64,000 bases of DNA, from positions 23,886,628 through 23,950,627 of the forward strand of contig OZ037767.1 of assembly GCA_964035545.1 (NCBI GenBank). The letters are read 5' to 3'. Positions 22,209-36,243 of the stretch are shown piece after piece. The DNA is from Bugula neritina. Taxonomy: Eukaryota > Animalia > Bryozoa. The notes beneath the pieces were generated by a model. That model saw only the letters and a list, made by a program, of their open reading frames with translations. It made no database searches and had not been told where the DNA came from. A program made the translations under genes and the position numbers. How positions within the stretch are numbered: position 1 is the stretch's first letter; each line of letters starts with the position of its first letter.

Positions 22209-25200
22209 AATAAATTTTGAGTTGTCAAATTTACTAAAGTTTAATTAAGGCTTAAATTTAAAATCAACCGTTGATCCATTACATCACTTAGGTTTAATCA
22301 TCTGATCTGAGCAGATAGTACCGATGCTGACCATTACAGGCAGTAACTGAAATTGCTTATATGTTGGCAAAACAAGACATGCCCATTAGCCATACTGTTG
22401 TTGAACTTGTTAGTTGGAGTTATCCCACGTTTATAACCTTTTCGTTGGATAGTTTATAAATTAGTAGTTGGCGCGTACTATTAAAGTAATCTTCTGTGAC
22501 TCTACAACCTGAAGCCAATTTGCTATTTTATTTGGTAATTTTGCTGAGCCTTCTATTTCTCACTGACTATGTGCATTATGTACTGCTGCTGCTACTACTG
22601 CTGAAACTAGCACGCGATTGGCAATATGCCAAAACGGTTTACATATTTGGCATCGTTCCAAGCAAGCATATTTAGTCTGTAAATTATGTGCATAAGTATC
22701 GATCAAAATTTACATAACACAAGCAGGTTCAAACTAAAATTGATAAACCACTGTTTTAAAAAAGTATTCAGGTAGTAACTAAGTAATTATATATGTTGCA
22801 TGAAACTAATAAGATATCAGTTTTTTCTTTAGGCTTTCTTTAAACCAATAGAATCCTTTTTACGGTGAGTATGATCGATTATGGCACATGATTATTAGTA
22901 TTAATCCTATTCACTAATAATATTACACGCTTGGGAGATTTATAAATCATGAGTGCTGTTCCAAGTAGTAAAAACTGGCAGCTGAAGAGTTGTATTACAG
23001 ATTGAGATACTCTATACTAGCTTATAGTCTACAGATCCTTATCCATTGATAAAAATAATCTAGTCGCACTGCATCAGAGGTGTTAATCACGGAGCAGCAA
23101 CTGGACAGCAAGCCAAAGGTAGGAACTGTACACGCTGTAGCTATGCTTGTTGACTACTTGAACCAACAACTACCACTACATTCTCATTCTAGGAGTGCAA
23201 AATTTCTATTAGGCAGATCTTCTGTCATAGCCTATTAATCATTATTTATCTTTGACTTCCATAGTTTTTGTATCAGGAGAAAGAAATTACTTGGTTGAAT
23301 TTTATAACTAGCCTCTATCTAATATAATAATAATAATATATTGATATTCCTTATATTTATAATTCATAATAATAGTTGTAGTCAGTAGTGTAAGTGTTAC
23401 ACTTACAGCTCTCTATAACTAGGTACATGACTTCAATTTGAGTTGCTTGTTGCATAATTCAAATTAAGGGTAGCAGTAAATACCATAATTTGCAACTGTG
23501 GCATATTTAATGTCGATTTATTTGCTGTAATTATTAGGTTTGTGTCTATTACCAGTTTAAAGTTGGAAGTTCTGTAGCAACTACTGGTTTTGAGCACTGG
23601 GGTGGTGAAATGGAGAGTTTCTGAACCTCCTAGAATTCTGCATAACTCAGTGACTCCATCTTAAGAAATGTGTTGGGTGTAAAAGTTTAGTTTTTCACTG
23701 GATTTATAATCTTTTTGGTCTGGTTTGTGGAACATGGTTGCTTTATATTTCTTAGATATTCTTCTAATACAACTGACCCTATTAACTTGCAATTCTGCAT
23801 CTACCTTGCCTGGCAAATATTCTCTCGCAGCTCTACTTCTACTCTAATATCAGTCACCTGTCCATGAATAAACTGTACTCTGTATCTGTACTCTACTTTT
23901 TCTCTTCTATTATTAACTCTTTTTCACAGTCTGCTAACATTAACTGGTGTCACAGTTGGTTTTATTCCAAATACACAGCACAGCATGGAGCACCATCAGC
24001 CCAATAAACCTAAGGCTAAGTTAGCTTCAGCTCCCTGTAGCCTTAGTTCTTCTCTCCAGAGTGATAAATAGTCCTTTCTCCTTCCAACTCACTAACGCAG
24101 CTACAATCTGTTATAACAGGTCAAAGTTACAATAGTACATTGAGTAATTGACCGTATAGTACAAGGACAAGTTGTTTTAAACTTGAGGTTTCAAAGTGAC
24201 TGCTATTACTTTATCTAAATAATTAGCAGGCACACTTTGCCAGGCAAGTTATTTGGCATATCATCAGTGTATCCACCAAGTACGTTACAGAACCCAGCCA
24301 TGCCGTAGATTTACCAGACTAGGAGTAAAAATAGTTGGATATTGCTGCATAGGATTAGTGACAAGATGTTTTGTTGATTTTATAATTTTTCCAGTTCGGA
24401 TTGAATTCCTTTTTAACTCGAATTTATGAGCTGGTGACACTTCAAGAACTGGGTTATTATATAAATATTCACCTGTATTCTATCATCCAATTAATCTTTA
24501 ACCTCGGTGTGTTATAAAGCCTTGCGAATGATTCACCTGCCCGGCAGCTGAATCAAATAGTTTGCTTGTCCATTAATCCGGCAGCAAAAGTCATGTGTTG
24601 GATGAATAATAAACGGTGAATCACATGAATGTAACAAACTTTTATAAACAACAGAATTTAAATTCTTAGGTCAATAAAATAATGTCATAAATGTGTTTTC
24701 TAGATTATCTGACTTAGTAGTTAGGTAGATTGTGTGTTGTAAAGAATTGGATTTTTCAATGCTAAAAATGTAAACTTAGTAAAAGATAAATTTATAAAAA
24801 TCAACAATTTTTGAAGGCTACGACCAGTCATTAAAAGAATAAAACTAATTATTCACATTTTGCTTCTATTTTTCATGCATATCAGCAGGTTAACTTATCA
24901 AATAATCTCAAAAACTTTGCTGCCGCCTGATCAGCCTTGTTTTGGCAATAGGTGTTATTTATGCAAAACTAGCTGCAGCATTGGGTAGCAACGGCTAGGC
25001 CTGTAGTTGAGCTGCAGCACCGCTTCTTTTGTTGTTTTTGCTTTTCTAAGGAAGTTATAAATTGCTTGTAAAACTGATTGGCTATGATTATGTTTGTTTA
25101 GTGATCGATTCATTCACAGGTCATTTATTGAAACAAAAAATTGCACTCTGGAATGTAGAAACAACAAAACCGTTACAGTTCTGCCCTTACAAATCATTTG

Positions 25201-28200
25201 GTTTGTGCACAAAAGATTGTTTATGGTACACTCACAATCATATAGCTGACAATATTCAACTCTAAGTTCAAACTACTAGAATAGTGACTCTAGATGAGAG
25301 ATTTTTTCATCAAGAAATAAAAAAGCACATAAATTAAGAAGTTATATAATCAGAAAGCTAACTCAGCAGTAAAAATTACTCAAAAGGGCGGTCTATCTCT
25401 GTTTTCCGATGCTTCGTATCACAAGCAGTGTGGGCTGTGGGGCTGGTATTCGTGAAGCTTATATTGTATATTTTAGGATGAACTTTTCCTCAGAGTAGTG
25501 ACTGCTAATGTAAATTTCTTTGTAAAATTGTTAAATGACACCACAACCATAAGTTAATGCAAACCACAAACCGTATAAGCACCCATTAGCATAATGCATG
25601 CCTAAACGCAGTGAATGTAAAGTTCCTGGTCAAATTTTCCAGTATCTAAAAGTATTAATTCAGATGAAATAGCCTTCAACTGACATTGGCTACACACCTC
25701 CAACCATGACCTAGACTTAGAACAAAATACTTGAACCGGTAGTATCAATGGTATAAAAAGTGTATACTTAGTTGCAGAATTGAGAGCTATTTTTGCTTGG
25801 TTTGTGTTTGGATTTTGGAGTTGGGTTGACTTTATTTTAAAAATTAAAAAATTCTACTGCTACATATATCTACTAGAACTAGCACTTGTTACAGCTTTAC
25901 ACCTATCTCAAAATTAAATTTACTAATTGTGCAGTCTAAACAATTTTGCAGCCGCTGCAAAAACACAGGTTTTGTTAGTAGGGCCTGAAGTCAGTAAAAA
26001 CTTGTACTGAGGCAGTCTCCAAATAGAATAAACTATTCTAAGGGGATTATTACTACTATAACAATATTATTATGAATGAAAAATCTCAAGTTCCAACAAA
26101 AGCCAGTGAGTATTTGTTCTAGACTCGTAGTAGTGGAAAATTCCACTCAACAAGCTATCTAGTTATGGCCAATAAAAAGTTTATTTGTATATTAGCTTGT
26201 AGAACTAACTGTAATCCAGCCAGTAATGAGCTGCTAGTATTATTTATTGCTGTGTGCACTTGCTGCTTACATTTCACCATTTCCCCTTCATTGAATATTT
26301 TGCATTCGCTAAAAGTTGTGATTAAATCTGGGCTTACTAGTTATTATTCAAAAGTATCCAACCAAGAAGCAGTTTAGTTGAACGAGATCTAGCTTAAACG
26401 TTTATAGATCTGATTACATGACCTTGCATTAAGTTTTTCTGATATTGTCAATGTGAATGAGTAATCAACATCTGCTCCAGCACTATAACAGGTATTTTGA
26501 GGTAGGTGCACCTAAATGGGGACTTTAGGAAAAACATGGCTATTGGAACCAGCTGTTTTAACATCGAAGTTGTCATTTTTTCTTGTTGCCTTAAGTTTTT
26601 GTATTCAATAGGAACAGGAGACATTTAATAAAACATTTCTACTGCTACAAATATCCACTGGAACACTTGTTAAAGTTTTCTCACAAATGTATAACTTTGA
26701 ACTATTTGGCCAATCAAAACACCCAAATTTTGAAAAAGTTTGTGTTTATTCAGACCTTTTTGGTCAAGCAAAATACACCCATCCTTGATTGACCTCCTGA
26801 AAAGCAAACCATTCTGGTTTCAAAAAGGACTATATAGTGTAAATGGGTGAACCAAACACGTACTAAAATCAACTAACTTACCTTCTTACATCATTCACTG
26901 TTGAAAAATTGATTCTTAAAATATTCAAGTAAAGGTAACAACTAATAACTAGAAGATGATGTTTGCCTACTGAACAGTCACTCAGCTAAAAACATTTGAA
27001 AAACCTAAAATAGGGCTAAACTACCCCAATTGAAAAATTGTCTTGATAAGAATTGGATTATGTTGAGACTATAGCTACTAATGTTTTACATAATCTTTTG
27101 AAATGAGAGGTTTTAATTTCTCCTTTATGAAATTTGTTGAGATTATCCGCTGGTCTGTGACAGCTGTGTGTGTACCAGGTAGACTCTTGGACAATTTTTC
27201 TGTTGAGGCTTAAGTTCATTTAGGCCTGCTCTAGGTTGCACTTGTTCTTGTAATTTGGGTTGTTCAACAGATACTGGTTGATATAAGAATAGAGGTTGAG
27301 AGTATATTATTGTTGAGTTAATTAGCCTGCTATTGCAAGATGTAACAAAAACATTTTACTATATGCAGTAGGTCATATTGTAATTCTTTATGTTATTTAG
27401 TTTTCTTTGACCATGTTTTTTCATTTAAACTCCAGGAAAACTAACATGTTCTGTATTTATTGAAAAGACTCATATGTGGTATAGTTTATATATAATATTA
27501 GACATTGGCCTTTTTAAAAAAAAAACTGCTCATTGAAGATGATTTTACCTCCTGCATCTTGTAGCTCATTGCCAGATCTGCCACAAGCCAATATTATCAT
27601 AAAACATCTAAAACAACAGATCTCTCGTCAACCATGTTTTGATTTGTTTGAAGGAAAGCTTTTTAATTGATGCTTGACGTAACAATGTCATCAATGGTCA
27701 ATAACCATGACTAAAGTTGAAATTTGCATGTACTACACTATTGCAAGCTTACATGGAGGGAGTAATGTTCCAGGGAACGGTTGCTGGTGAAATCACATGC
27801 CTGGGTTCAGTGACGTCCAACTATAGATCAAAATAGGTAGAGTTAGTATTCGCAATGAAGGTTGAAAACTGTTTCCCATACTGTGAAATAATTTTTGTAA
27901 AAATTGTTTATAATCTAATAAGACTTTATCAAGTTGCTGAGAATGTTTGTGCTTTCATAATTTAAACTTTTTATTACTGCAGAATGTAATTGAATACACC
28001 TTAACGCCAGCAGTCTTTCAAAGTCTAAAATTTCCTCATAGTAAAACTACCCTTTCCAATACTTACGTGGAGGGAGGGGCTCTACACAATAAATGCTTTC
28101 CTTTTAAAACTCAGATTAAATTATAGTTTACAGTGGATAAATTTCACAACATATCATATGAAGTCGTTTTCAACCAATTTGTACACGCAGAGACTGTCTA

Positions 28201-28263
28201 CAGCATGGGTGCTCAACCTTTTTGGGACTGCAGACTGTCCACAGTTTGTAGTCCGAATTGTTT

Positions 28264-28378
28264 TATAAGCAGCTCTGAGTTGGGGGTTCTCTAGTTTGAA
28301 GTTGGGGGTTTCAATTAACCCAAACTCAAGAACTCCAAAATACTGCACTTAATCACCCCCAAATCGGAGCTGCTTATA
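28264..28378. mobile_element. Fold-back / MITE-like palindromic element (second family)
   Basis: TATAAGCAGCTCTGAGTTGGGGG ... CCCCCAAATCGGAGCTGCTTATA, a 23-bp inverted repeat with 2 mismatches and TA ends; a weaker inner inverted repeat is also present. Confidence 0.55.
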
Positions 28379-31300
28379 GAGCAATTCTCTAGATGCATAG
28401 TTCAATCAGTTGCACAGTAACCACTCTGAGTTACTACTCTTCATTTGCAGTGTTCCACAAAGATTTGCACTTGGGAGACCTCATTTTCATCATGTAGAAT
28501 ATTCTTTATCTGTCGCAGGATGTTCAGATTTTTGGTTTTTGTTGTTGAGACAAACCTCTTTTATGAAAGTTTAAATCCACACCATGATCCATATTTAGCT
28601 AGTTAGCTGATGAAATCAATAATTGGTATAAAAGTAGATGTGATTCACCAGTTAAATTAAATTTTATTTTGTATAATAATATACCATATATATGTTAATT
28701 TTTTTTAAACAATAATATCAATGATTGGCTCAAAACAGCCCATTGGGATATTAAATTCTAAAAATAAGAAGCTAATTTGCCGAAACCAATAATATCAAAC
28801 TTTTGACCTGGTCATTGAATCATAACAAGAATAGTTCTGCCGTATATTTGTAGTAAGATAATTTGTCCATCCATCCATCCAAAGCAACTTCTCTAAATTT
28901 GCTATTAAAGCAACCTTCACAAAGATACTATTAATTATTGTATTTTGCTCAGGAGTAGAGAATAAATATGCAAACAAAAGTAATTAATATGTATGCACTA
29001 AAATTAGGTTCACTATACAACAATGTGACAATACTCATAAATTTATCTTCAGCAACGTTATAAAAAAGAATACAATAGCTAACATCTGATTTTACACCAA
29101 CCTAGCAACATTTCTTTCTGGTTTTTAGTTGCTAGTTTAAAATAGTTCCTTGCAGTGAAAAGGCAGGAAAGAAGGTGGGGAAGGAGAGGGTTTATACTTT
29201 CTGAACAGCCCTAAATTATTTAGTGTATGTTCAACTTACAACCGTCACTTTTCATGTATTTGTTCTCGGCCATTGTTCTTTGGTTATAATGCTTATGTGA
29301 GCTGGTAGCTTGAACTGTGCCTATTTATCGAACTGTTCACATTGGTACATCTTCATGAAAAATACTGCTATTGAAACAACCATCAAACTATGATAGAGAA
29401 CATTATTTTTTACAGCTGACAATATTTCCAATTATTGAAGGCTTTGATGATAATTCCAATTAATGAGGGCAGCAAATGACATAATAATATATTTCTGATT
29501 ACCTTAGTTGGACATGATGCAATTTCCTATATTGTGTTACACTTCAACCTTGTAGTATCATGTGAGTGCGGGAGCATTCAACTACTGCTAGTATTCCTCT
29601 TGCTATTTTCTAAGATGGAATTTGCTTTGTACTAAAGTCAGGCATATATAGCAGATATATAGACTTGAACATTGTAATAAAATTGTTGCTGGAGCCTGGA
29701 AGGTGTAAATATTGTTTGCAGATTATTTTGGCTTTGGTAATTGATGAGTAGTAATGGAATTATTGTAAATTCATTTCAGTTTTGTAACAATGGCTAATTG
29801 GAGCTGCACGTGTTTTATTTTGAACTATATAAAATATTCATCTGAAGTTTTCCAAATTATCTAGTTTACACGACCTACTCTCCCCCAACTCTAAAATGAA
29901 TGCAAAATAACACAAAGCTCTACTTGCGTGCGCTATGAGCTAGACAAGTGTGCCTAAGAACTTGTTTTCATTCGTGTAATGGTTAGACTTAGATCTAAGT
30001 TTATGTTAATGTGTAAAGCCTTATACAACCCGACCGTACTAAATGTTCATTCCCATTGTGGAACGTAACCATACTACACTATTGGCTCTGCCTTTATTAT
30101 TTTCCTTGTAATGATAATAGTAGCATTCACATTTGCGTTGTGCACATTGGTACAGCGACGGTAGTACTGGCTGCAGTCAAATTGTTATTGTCGTAATTAT
30201 TAATTTGCGGGTGAGATTATTAAATATCGTTAATATAATAATAAGTATAATACTAATAGTGAATGAGAGTAGTAGCAATTATTATTATCATACTTGCTAC
30301 TTCATAGTGATAGTCAAGTCATACTAATACTCACAGACTTAGTCTTACAGTTACTCTTGCTCTTAGTCTTACAGTTTCAAACTGAGTTTGAGTTGCTCTC
30401 CTCTGAGTCTGCCTCTTACTCTTGGAGTGATAGTGATACTGATAGTGATGCTCGTACTCGTACGATACTGATATTCATATTATAATTATTACTTAAAGTT
30501 AAAACTGTAAGTTTTAGTGACATCAGTATCAATATGATTAAGATTTAGATTGGCCGATTAGGAAATTCCCTATCAAATTGATCTTCATGTAACTACAATG
30601 AATATTAATATTTGATTATTTCATTTGATATTACTATTAGTCTCAGAAATTCCATTTTATCAATAGCTAAGTTTTTAAATGTATGTTTAGGTTTAGCACT
30701 AAAAGTAAAAGTCAAATGAAAGCCAAACCTGAAAATGGGTTGTAATACTAATTAATAATTATAATGTTATAGTATTACTATAACTATTAGTATTACAGTT
30801 GATTGAGATGAAATATTATTAACTCCAAGTCTAAAGTTATTTAGTAACAGTAATACTTATACTAATAGTACTAGTAATACTAATACTAATAGAAATAGTG
30901 AACTATAAATATGTAATAGTGTTATTTAAAATAACAGAATTTTATTTTGTTACATTAGATACAACTATAAGCGTTTATTTAAACAAGCAATAATTGCTAT
31001 TAGTATTAGTATTATCCTAATCACAATGATAATCAAATTTAATGCTATGACATTGACTGAAATTCCCCCTGACCCATAGTCTGATTATAAACTTTAAAGC
31101 AATATAAAGGAAGTATTAGTATTATTAATGTTATAATGAAATTAAATAAATCTTTTGAAGATGCTGGAGCCACTTGTATTTGTAATAGTTGTGGTTGCAC
31201 TTGTGAATGGAGAAAATTTATAAAGTCAAAACCAGCTAATTTCAGTGCTTATAATATAACTTATAACAGTCAAATATTTTTGAGTTTCAAGTTGAAAAAT

Positions 31301-32392
31301 TGAAATACCTTGACATTGCATCAGTATAGTGATAAGAGTCCATTTGCTAATTTCAGAAGTGCACTAATACTAATAATTGTAATATGTATTACTAGTGCTA
31401 TAGTAAAATTAGTGTCTAAATTGTATACAAATCTGCAAAACTATTCCTGAAAGTTAAACGTATTTACGAACAAATGGAGATTTTAAAAAAAAGTGTGTGT
31501 TATTTATCCAATTTATCAAAACTGTAGTCACTATTACTATATACTAGTTTTTGCTTTAAATTTTTTAATTGCAGAAAAATAAATGATTTAATGCTTTAGC
31601 TACAGGTTAGACTTGAAGGTTTTTTGTTTATATAGAGCATGGTAAGGTATACATTATATACACACACACCAAGAAGACAACTCTCAAGTTTTTCAAACTC
31701 TTGTCTATAAGAACTGTTGTGGAGTCACACTCAATCGTTATTTAAATTAAATATGATCTTTCAATTTTTTATACGCTGGTAGTTACAGAATTTATAAGGG
31801 CTGTAAAGGTGTTGTAGGTTTTCACAATATTTAGCTTCCATTCTAGATGTAGTTACAATAAACTAGATTGCTCTATTAACCTAATTAATTCGAATTTAAC
31901 AAATATTTCTAAATGTATAGCAAGATAAGGTTACAAAACATCTATATATATAATATATTAGTTCCAATTTAGTAACCAAACTAAAATATCGGTCTTCTCA
32001 GCATAAACAGTACCAACCATACCAGCCTCCGTTATTCGTGCTGCTTTCTTAGATGTTTTTATGATGATTGGCCAAAAATAGTACAAAAGGAGCTTGAAAA
32101 GTTTAAGACATCTTTAACATGAAATTTAGATTACTTCCGTTTAGATATGCATGCTTTATTGTTTCACTCCTTGTCACTTGTTTTAATATATTATTTTTTC
32201 TATTAGCTGTAGTGATCTAATTTTGATGTATGATTGTAGAAACCGTGTTGTGATTGGACCTTCCTAAGCTGTGGACAGCGGATATTCTAGTATTTAGAAA
32301 ACACCTGCAACACCTTGTGTAGTAACTGCTGATACCTGACACCTTTTACCAACACCTTGTACAGTGACTGTTGACACTTTTATTAGCTCAAT

Positions 32393-33151
32393 ATGATGTA
32401 TCCCTCGGCAATCCAGGGGCACATGCCCTTTGTAGATAATTACAGAAAGGAGCAAATTCAGAAGGTCTTGGAGAAGAATCGATCTCGGCACAGTAGTGGG
32501 CCGGACAGAAAGACTTCCTGTGACAAATCTGCTAAGTACAAGGACACCCACTCCATGCCAATCCTGTGGCAGAGTGCGTATACTGGTCAAAGACGCAAGT
32601 TTATTTCCATGCCTGCTTTAGACGATTCATATATTGGTGTTAATACTCACAAACATAACCTCAGCCAAAGACTTCCCGATAATAGTAAACATAGTGGTAA
32701 AGGATCTTTACTAAACTCACTGAAAAAGATATTTTCAAAGAAGGAACAGAATACTCGACCATCTAGCGCTTCATCACGTCCAGCTACATCTGGTGCTATT
32801 GTTAGGGGCAACCACTCTCGTGCATATATTTCTAAATCATCATACAAGAAACCAGCTGATAGTGACATTGTGTCTGGTGTACGTAGTCCAAAGAGACAGA
32901 GAATGCGAACGGTGTCCAACATCAGTGGTGTGATGGAGACCATACAGGAAGTAAATGAAGTATTGGTGTCAAACGATCACATTAGTGATCCAGAAGACAG
33001 TAGTAACTCATCTAGCGAAGAGACATTGAACAGTATAGCTAGTGCTGCTGAACTCTGCTCTGCCAATGTCTTCTATAGTTGTGGTAACCTTAGCAACTGG
33101 TCTGACTCGTCATCTAGCCACCACAGTTCTGCTGAAATATATGCCATCTGA
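32393..33151 (+). CDS. Uncharacterised 252-aa Ser-rich, probably disordered protein; single coding exon
   Basis: A 759-nt ORF, more GC-rich than its flanks, in otherwise stop-rich DNA. Candidate acceptor TGATTGTAG ends at 32239; AATAAA at 33313-33318. Confidence 0.75.
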   Translation: MMYPSAIQGHMPFVDNYRKEQIQKVLEKNRSRHSSGPDRKTSCDKSAKYKDTHSMPILWQSAYTGQRRKFISMPALDDSYIGVNTHKHNLSQRLPDNSKHSGKGSLLNSLKKIFSKKEQNTRPSSASSRPATSGAIVRGNHSRAYISKSSYKKPADSDIVSGVRSPKRQRMRTVSNISGVMETIQEVNEVLVSNDHISDPEDSSNSSSEETLNSIASAAELCSANVFYSCGNLSNWSDSSSSHHSSAEIYAI

Positions 33152-34326
33152 CATAACTTCTATATTGTACATAATTTCGCTACAGAAAACTGCATACTAA
33201 TTTTAATTCCGGAATTATCTGTCCTTTTTTTAGCTCGTGTCAGTAGCAGAATGCTGTTGTATTTAAAGAATGTAATCAAGCAGCTCTCATTACGCTGTGT
33301 TCCAACAGTAAAAATAAATGTACATACCATGATGTATATAAGGCATTACTGTATTCATATTGGGCAAATAGATATTTCGTTACTAATACAATCAACATAA
33401 GCACAATCAATTTTAGTGATTTGTGGTATGATTTATCTTTTGATTTAAAAAGCTTATTTTGTGCAGCTCCATGTGCAAATATGTATATACAATCTACATA
33501 ATAAAAATAATATTCCTTCTTCTGCCAAATACACAGAAGTTATTTTCTCCTAAGCACCAATTCTAAGCCTTATAACACATGAAAAAGTGTGTATGCAAGC
33601 CAAAACACTTTTTTTTTTAAAAAGCATTCAAGTTTTGAGATTGTAGCTATGAGTATATTAAATTATTTGGCATGCAAGGCGACAGTCAAAATGATCTAAC
33701 AATTTATCTTATACATATAGCATGCATGAATATAAAAAGTAGCTAATAAAAGTCATTGATAGGTTCCATAAACTACACCTATAGACACTTTGAATATTTA
33801 TCTATAAAATTATAGTTTAACATGAACTGCTGCTGGTATTTATTTGCTATAGGGGACATGGGCAACTAGCTAAATTGTGTGGAACCATTTAGTATAACTT
33901 CATAAAGTAGTAGCAAGTTACAGTTGCATGCAGGTCAGTATGGCTTTTCTTAAAAATATTGTATTTTTCTCTTCATAAAATACTACACCAAAAATCAACT
34001 GCCCCTCATTTAGCTGCAGGACCAGGCATTTCTGCTACCAGAGATTAGAGGCACCCATGACTAGTGAAGCATAGTGAAGCATGAACCATAACCGTCCTAG
34101 TATAAAACAGTCAAATAACACAAATATATAATACATTATATATAATAATATATATAGTACACTGCATAAAACACTAATGGAAAAGTGGATCGTCTGCTTT
34201 TACTATGTTAACAATGTGCTTGTTAGCTATTGTATATAATATCATGTCACAAATATGCTAATTATAAAAAATTTGAAGCCTTTAGTGGCCAACTATAAAA
34301 TGTAATCGTACATCATTTATATATGT

Positions 34327-34330
<4 letters not shown>

Positions 34331-34361
<31 letters not shown>

Positions 34362-34387
34362 TGTATATATATATATATATATATATA
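34331..34387. repeat. (TA)n microsatellite
   Basis: Direct inspection. Confidence 0.9.
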
Positions 34388-36243
34388 GAATTCACTTAAA
34401 ACCAGCGGCACGTTTCACAATTAACATCTAAAGTTATGCAAAATATTTCTTGCATGGGCATAACATTTGATAGTGTAGCGAGGCTGTACATATTTAATAT
34501 TAATGAAGCAATAATTAACATGATAGGCTTCAACTTTTAAATTTCTCAAAAAGAATTTTTTCTGCTTAAAAGGTAATGTTTCAAAAAGCATATAGAATAA
34601 ATTTTTTTTAACCAAATTAAAAAGGAGTTTTAAGGATAGTGTGCAATAGGAAACTGTAAATACATGTCTATCAGTTATTTTAACAGATATGTATCGCACT
34701 TGTGCAAGAGTTATCTGCCCTCAGGACAAAACTCCATATAACAAACTCTGCCTTGCTATTGCCCTGTAACCATCTCCTTACCATTTTCCTTAAATCTACA
34801 AGTCATCTACTCACAAGCAGGTAGCCTGGCACATCTCAGAAACCTGAAAGGCTTTCTTAAGAATGCGGGCAACGCTGTTGATGATATCAAATCCAAGGTA
34901 AGTCTGTAAAAAGCAGTATCTACCAAATTCATGGAGTCTATTTCCATTCTTCAAATAACATGAATCAATTCTAGTGATCAATTGTCAACTGTAGGCTCAG
35001 CACCTCTGAATAGCAAGCTGCTATTCAAACGGGTACAGCAATTTGTACTGTATTATTGAATCGTTATATATTTTTTCTTTTGGATCAAAAACAAACAAAC
35101 CACAAGCCTATAGTTGATTTTGAAGAATGCATGGGCTGTACAATATCACAGCCATGTGTGGGAGTACATAATATAGTATTTTTATTACTATTATTTATGA
35201 CTATTGAAGAGATATGCTTAAGCCGCATACATTAATTTCTAGTCTCCTATATGCCGTTGTTAGTTTTTCTAGATTTACATTAGTAGTATTTTTTGAATGA
35301 GGCGCAGATTTTTCTTTTCTCAGTGTATGAAGACTATTTCATAACTCAAATCAAGTAAATGTTTATAAAAATTTTAAAAAAAATATGACCTTATAATTCA
35401 CCATTATACGTAATAAAACACACTAAAAGCATTATAAATTTCTGTATAACAACTAACTACATTATTTCAATTATCATTGCTGCAGTTAATTAACTAACTT
35501 TAAGAACTTATATTACAAGAATACAGTGGATTCAACTATTATTATGTTAATAAATGTTTAAACTGATTGATTCTGTTGAATTTAGTTATGTTTGCCATTC
35601 CTTGACTATCAATGAATTTTTATTATATAGAGTGAGAGTAACAGAGAACTGAAAACCTTCATAAAATACGGGGTTGTGCCCTCTTAAAGACGGTGTAGAC
35701 AACTTCAACTTTTTGAGTAAGCTTTTTGTCGTGTACAGCTTGTGTAGTACATAATAACTGAATGTTACAGCTTTTCCATTCTTTATTTGGGTAAATCTGC
35801 AATCAATAACATAGCCAAAGCCACTTTAACTCCCCTTATGACAGTGCTCCTCTTAAATAGACTGGTTTTTCTGCAATCAGGTTTTTCAACAAATACAAAA
35901 CTGCTTTTGAAACTAATGTGTGACAAAAGCCTCATGGTATTTGCCTGTATATTATGTTATTGACAGTATTGCGTTATAATTTTCAGAGAAAGAGCTCGGT
36001 AGTGTGTGTTTTAGTTTGGGGTTTAGGTTGCAAATTCTACAAGTGTAATTTCTGTAATAAAAAAAAAATCGATCGATGGCAATAACTTTTTTAAAACGCA
36101 GGCTTTTTGTAACTTTTCAATTTTGTGCGAGATGCAAGAATGACTATGCTATGAAACAAGGCATTGGGGAGGGGGAGGGGGGTGGGAGAGCAACCACTAG
36201 TTATTTAAGAATGAAGAAAAGCCAATTACTATATAAAAAGCTC

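Noticed and set aside
23550-24320. Possible LTR-retrotransposon relic (GMAGF-like peptide on the minus strand)
   Set aside because: A single short motif, many stops, no LTRs or other domains visible.
30133-30485. Short ORFs with I/V/S/D periodicity
   Set aside because: Produced by the hexamer-periodic low-complexity tract.
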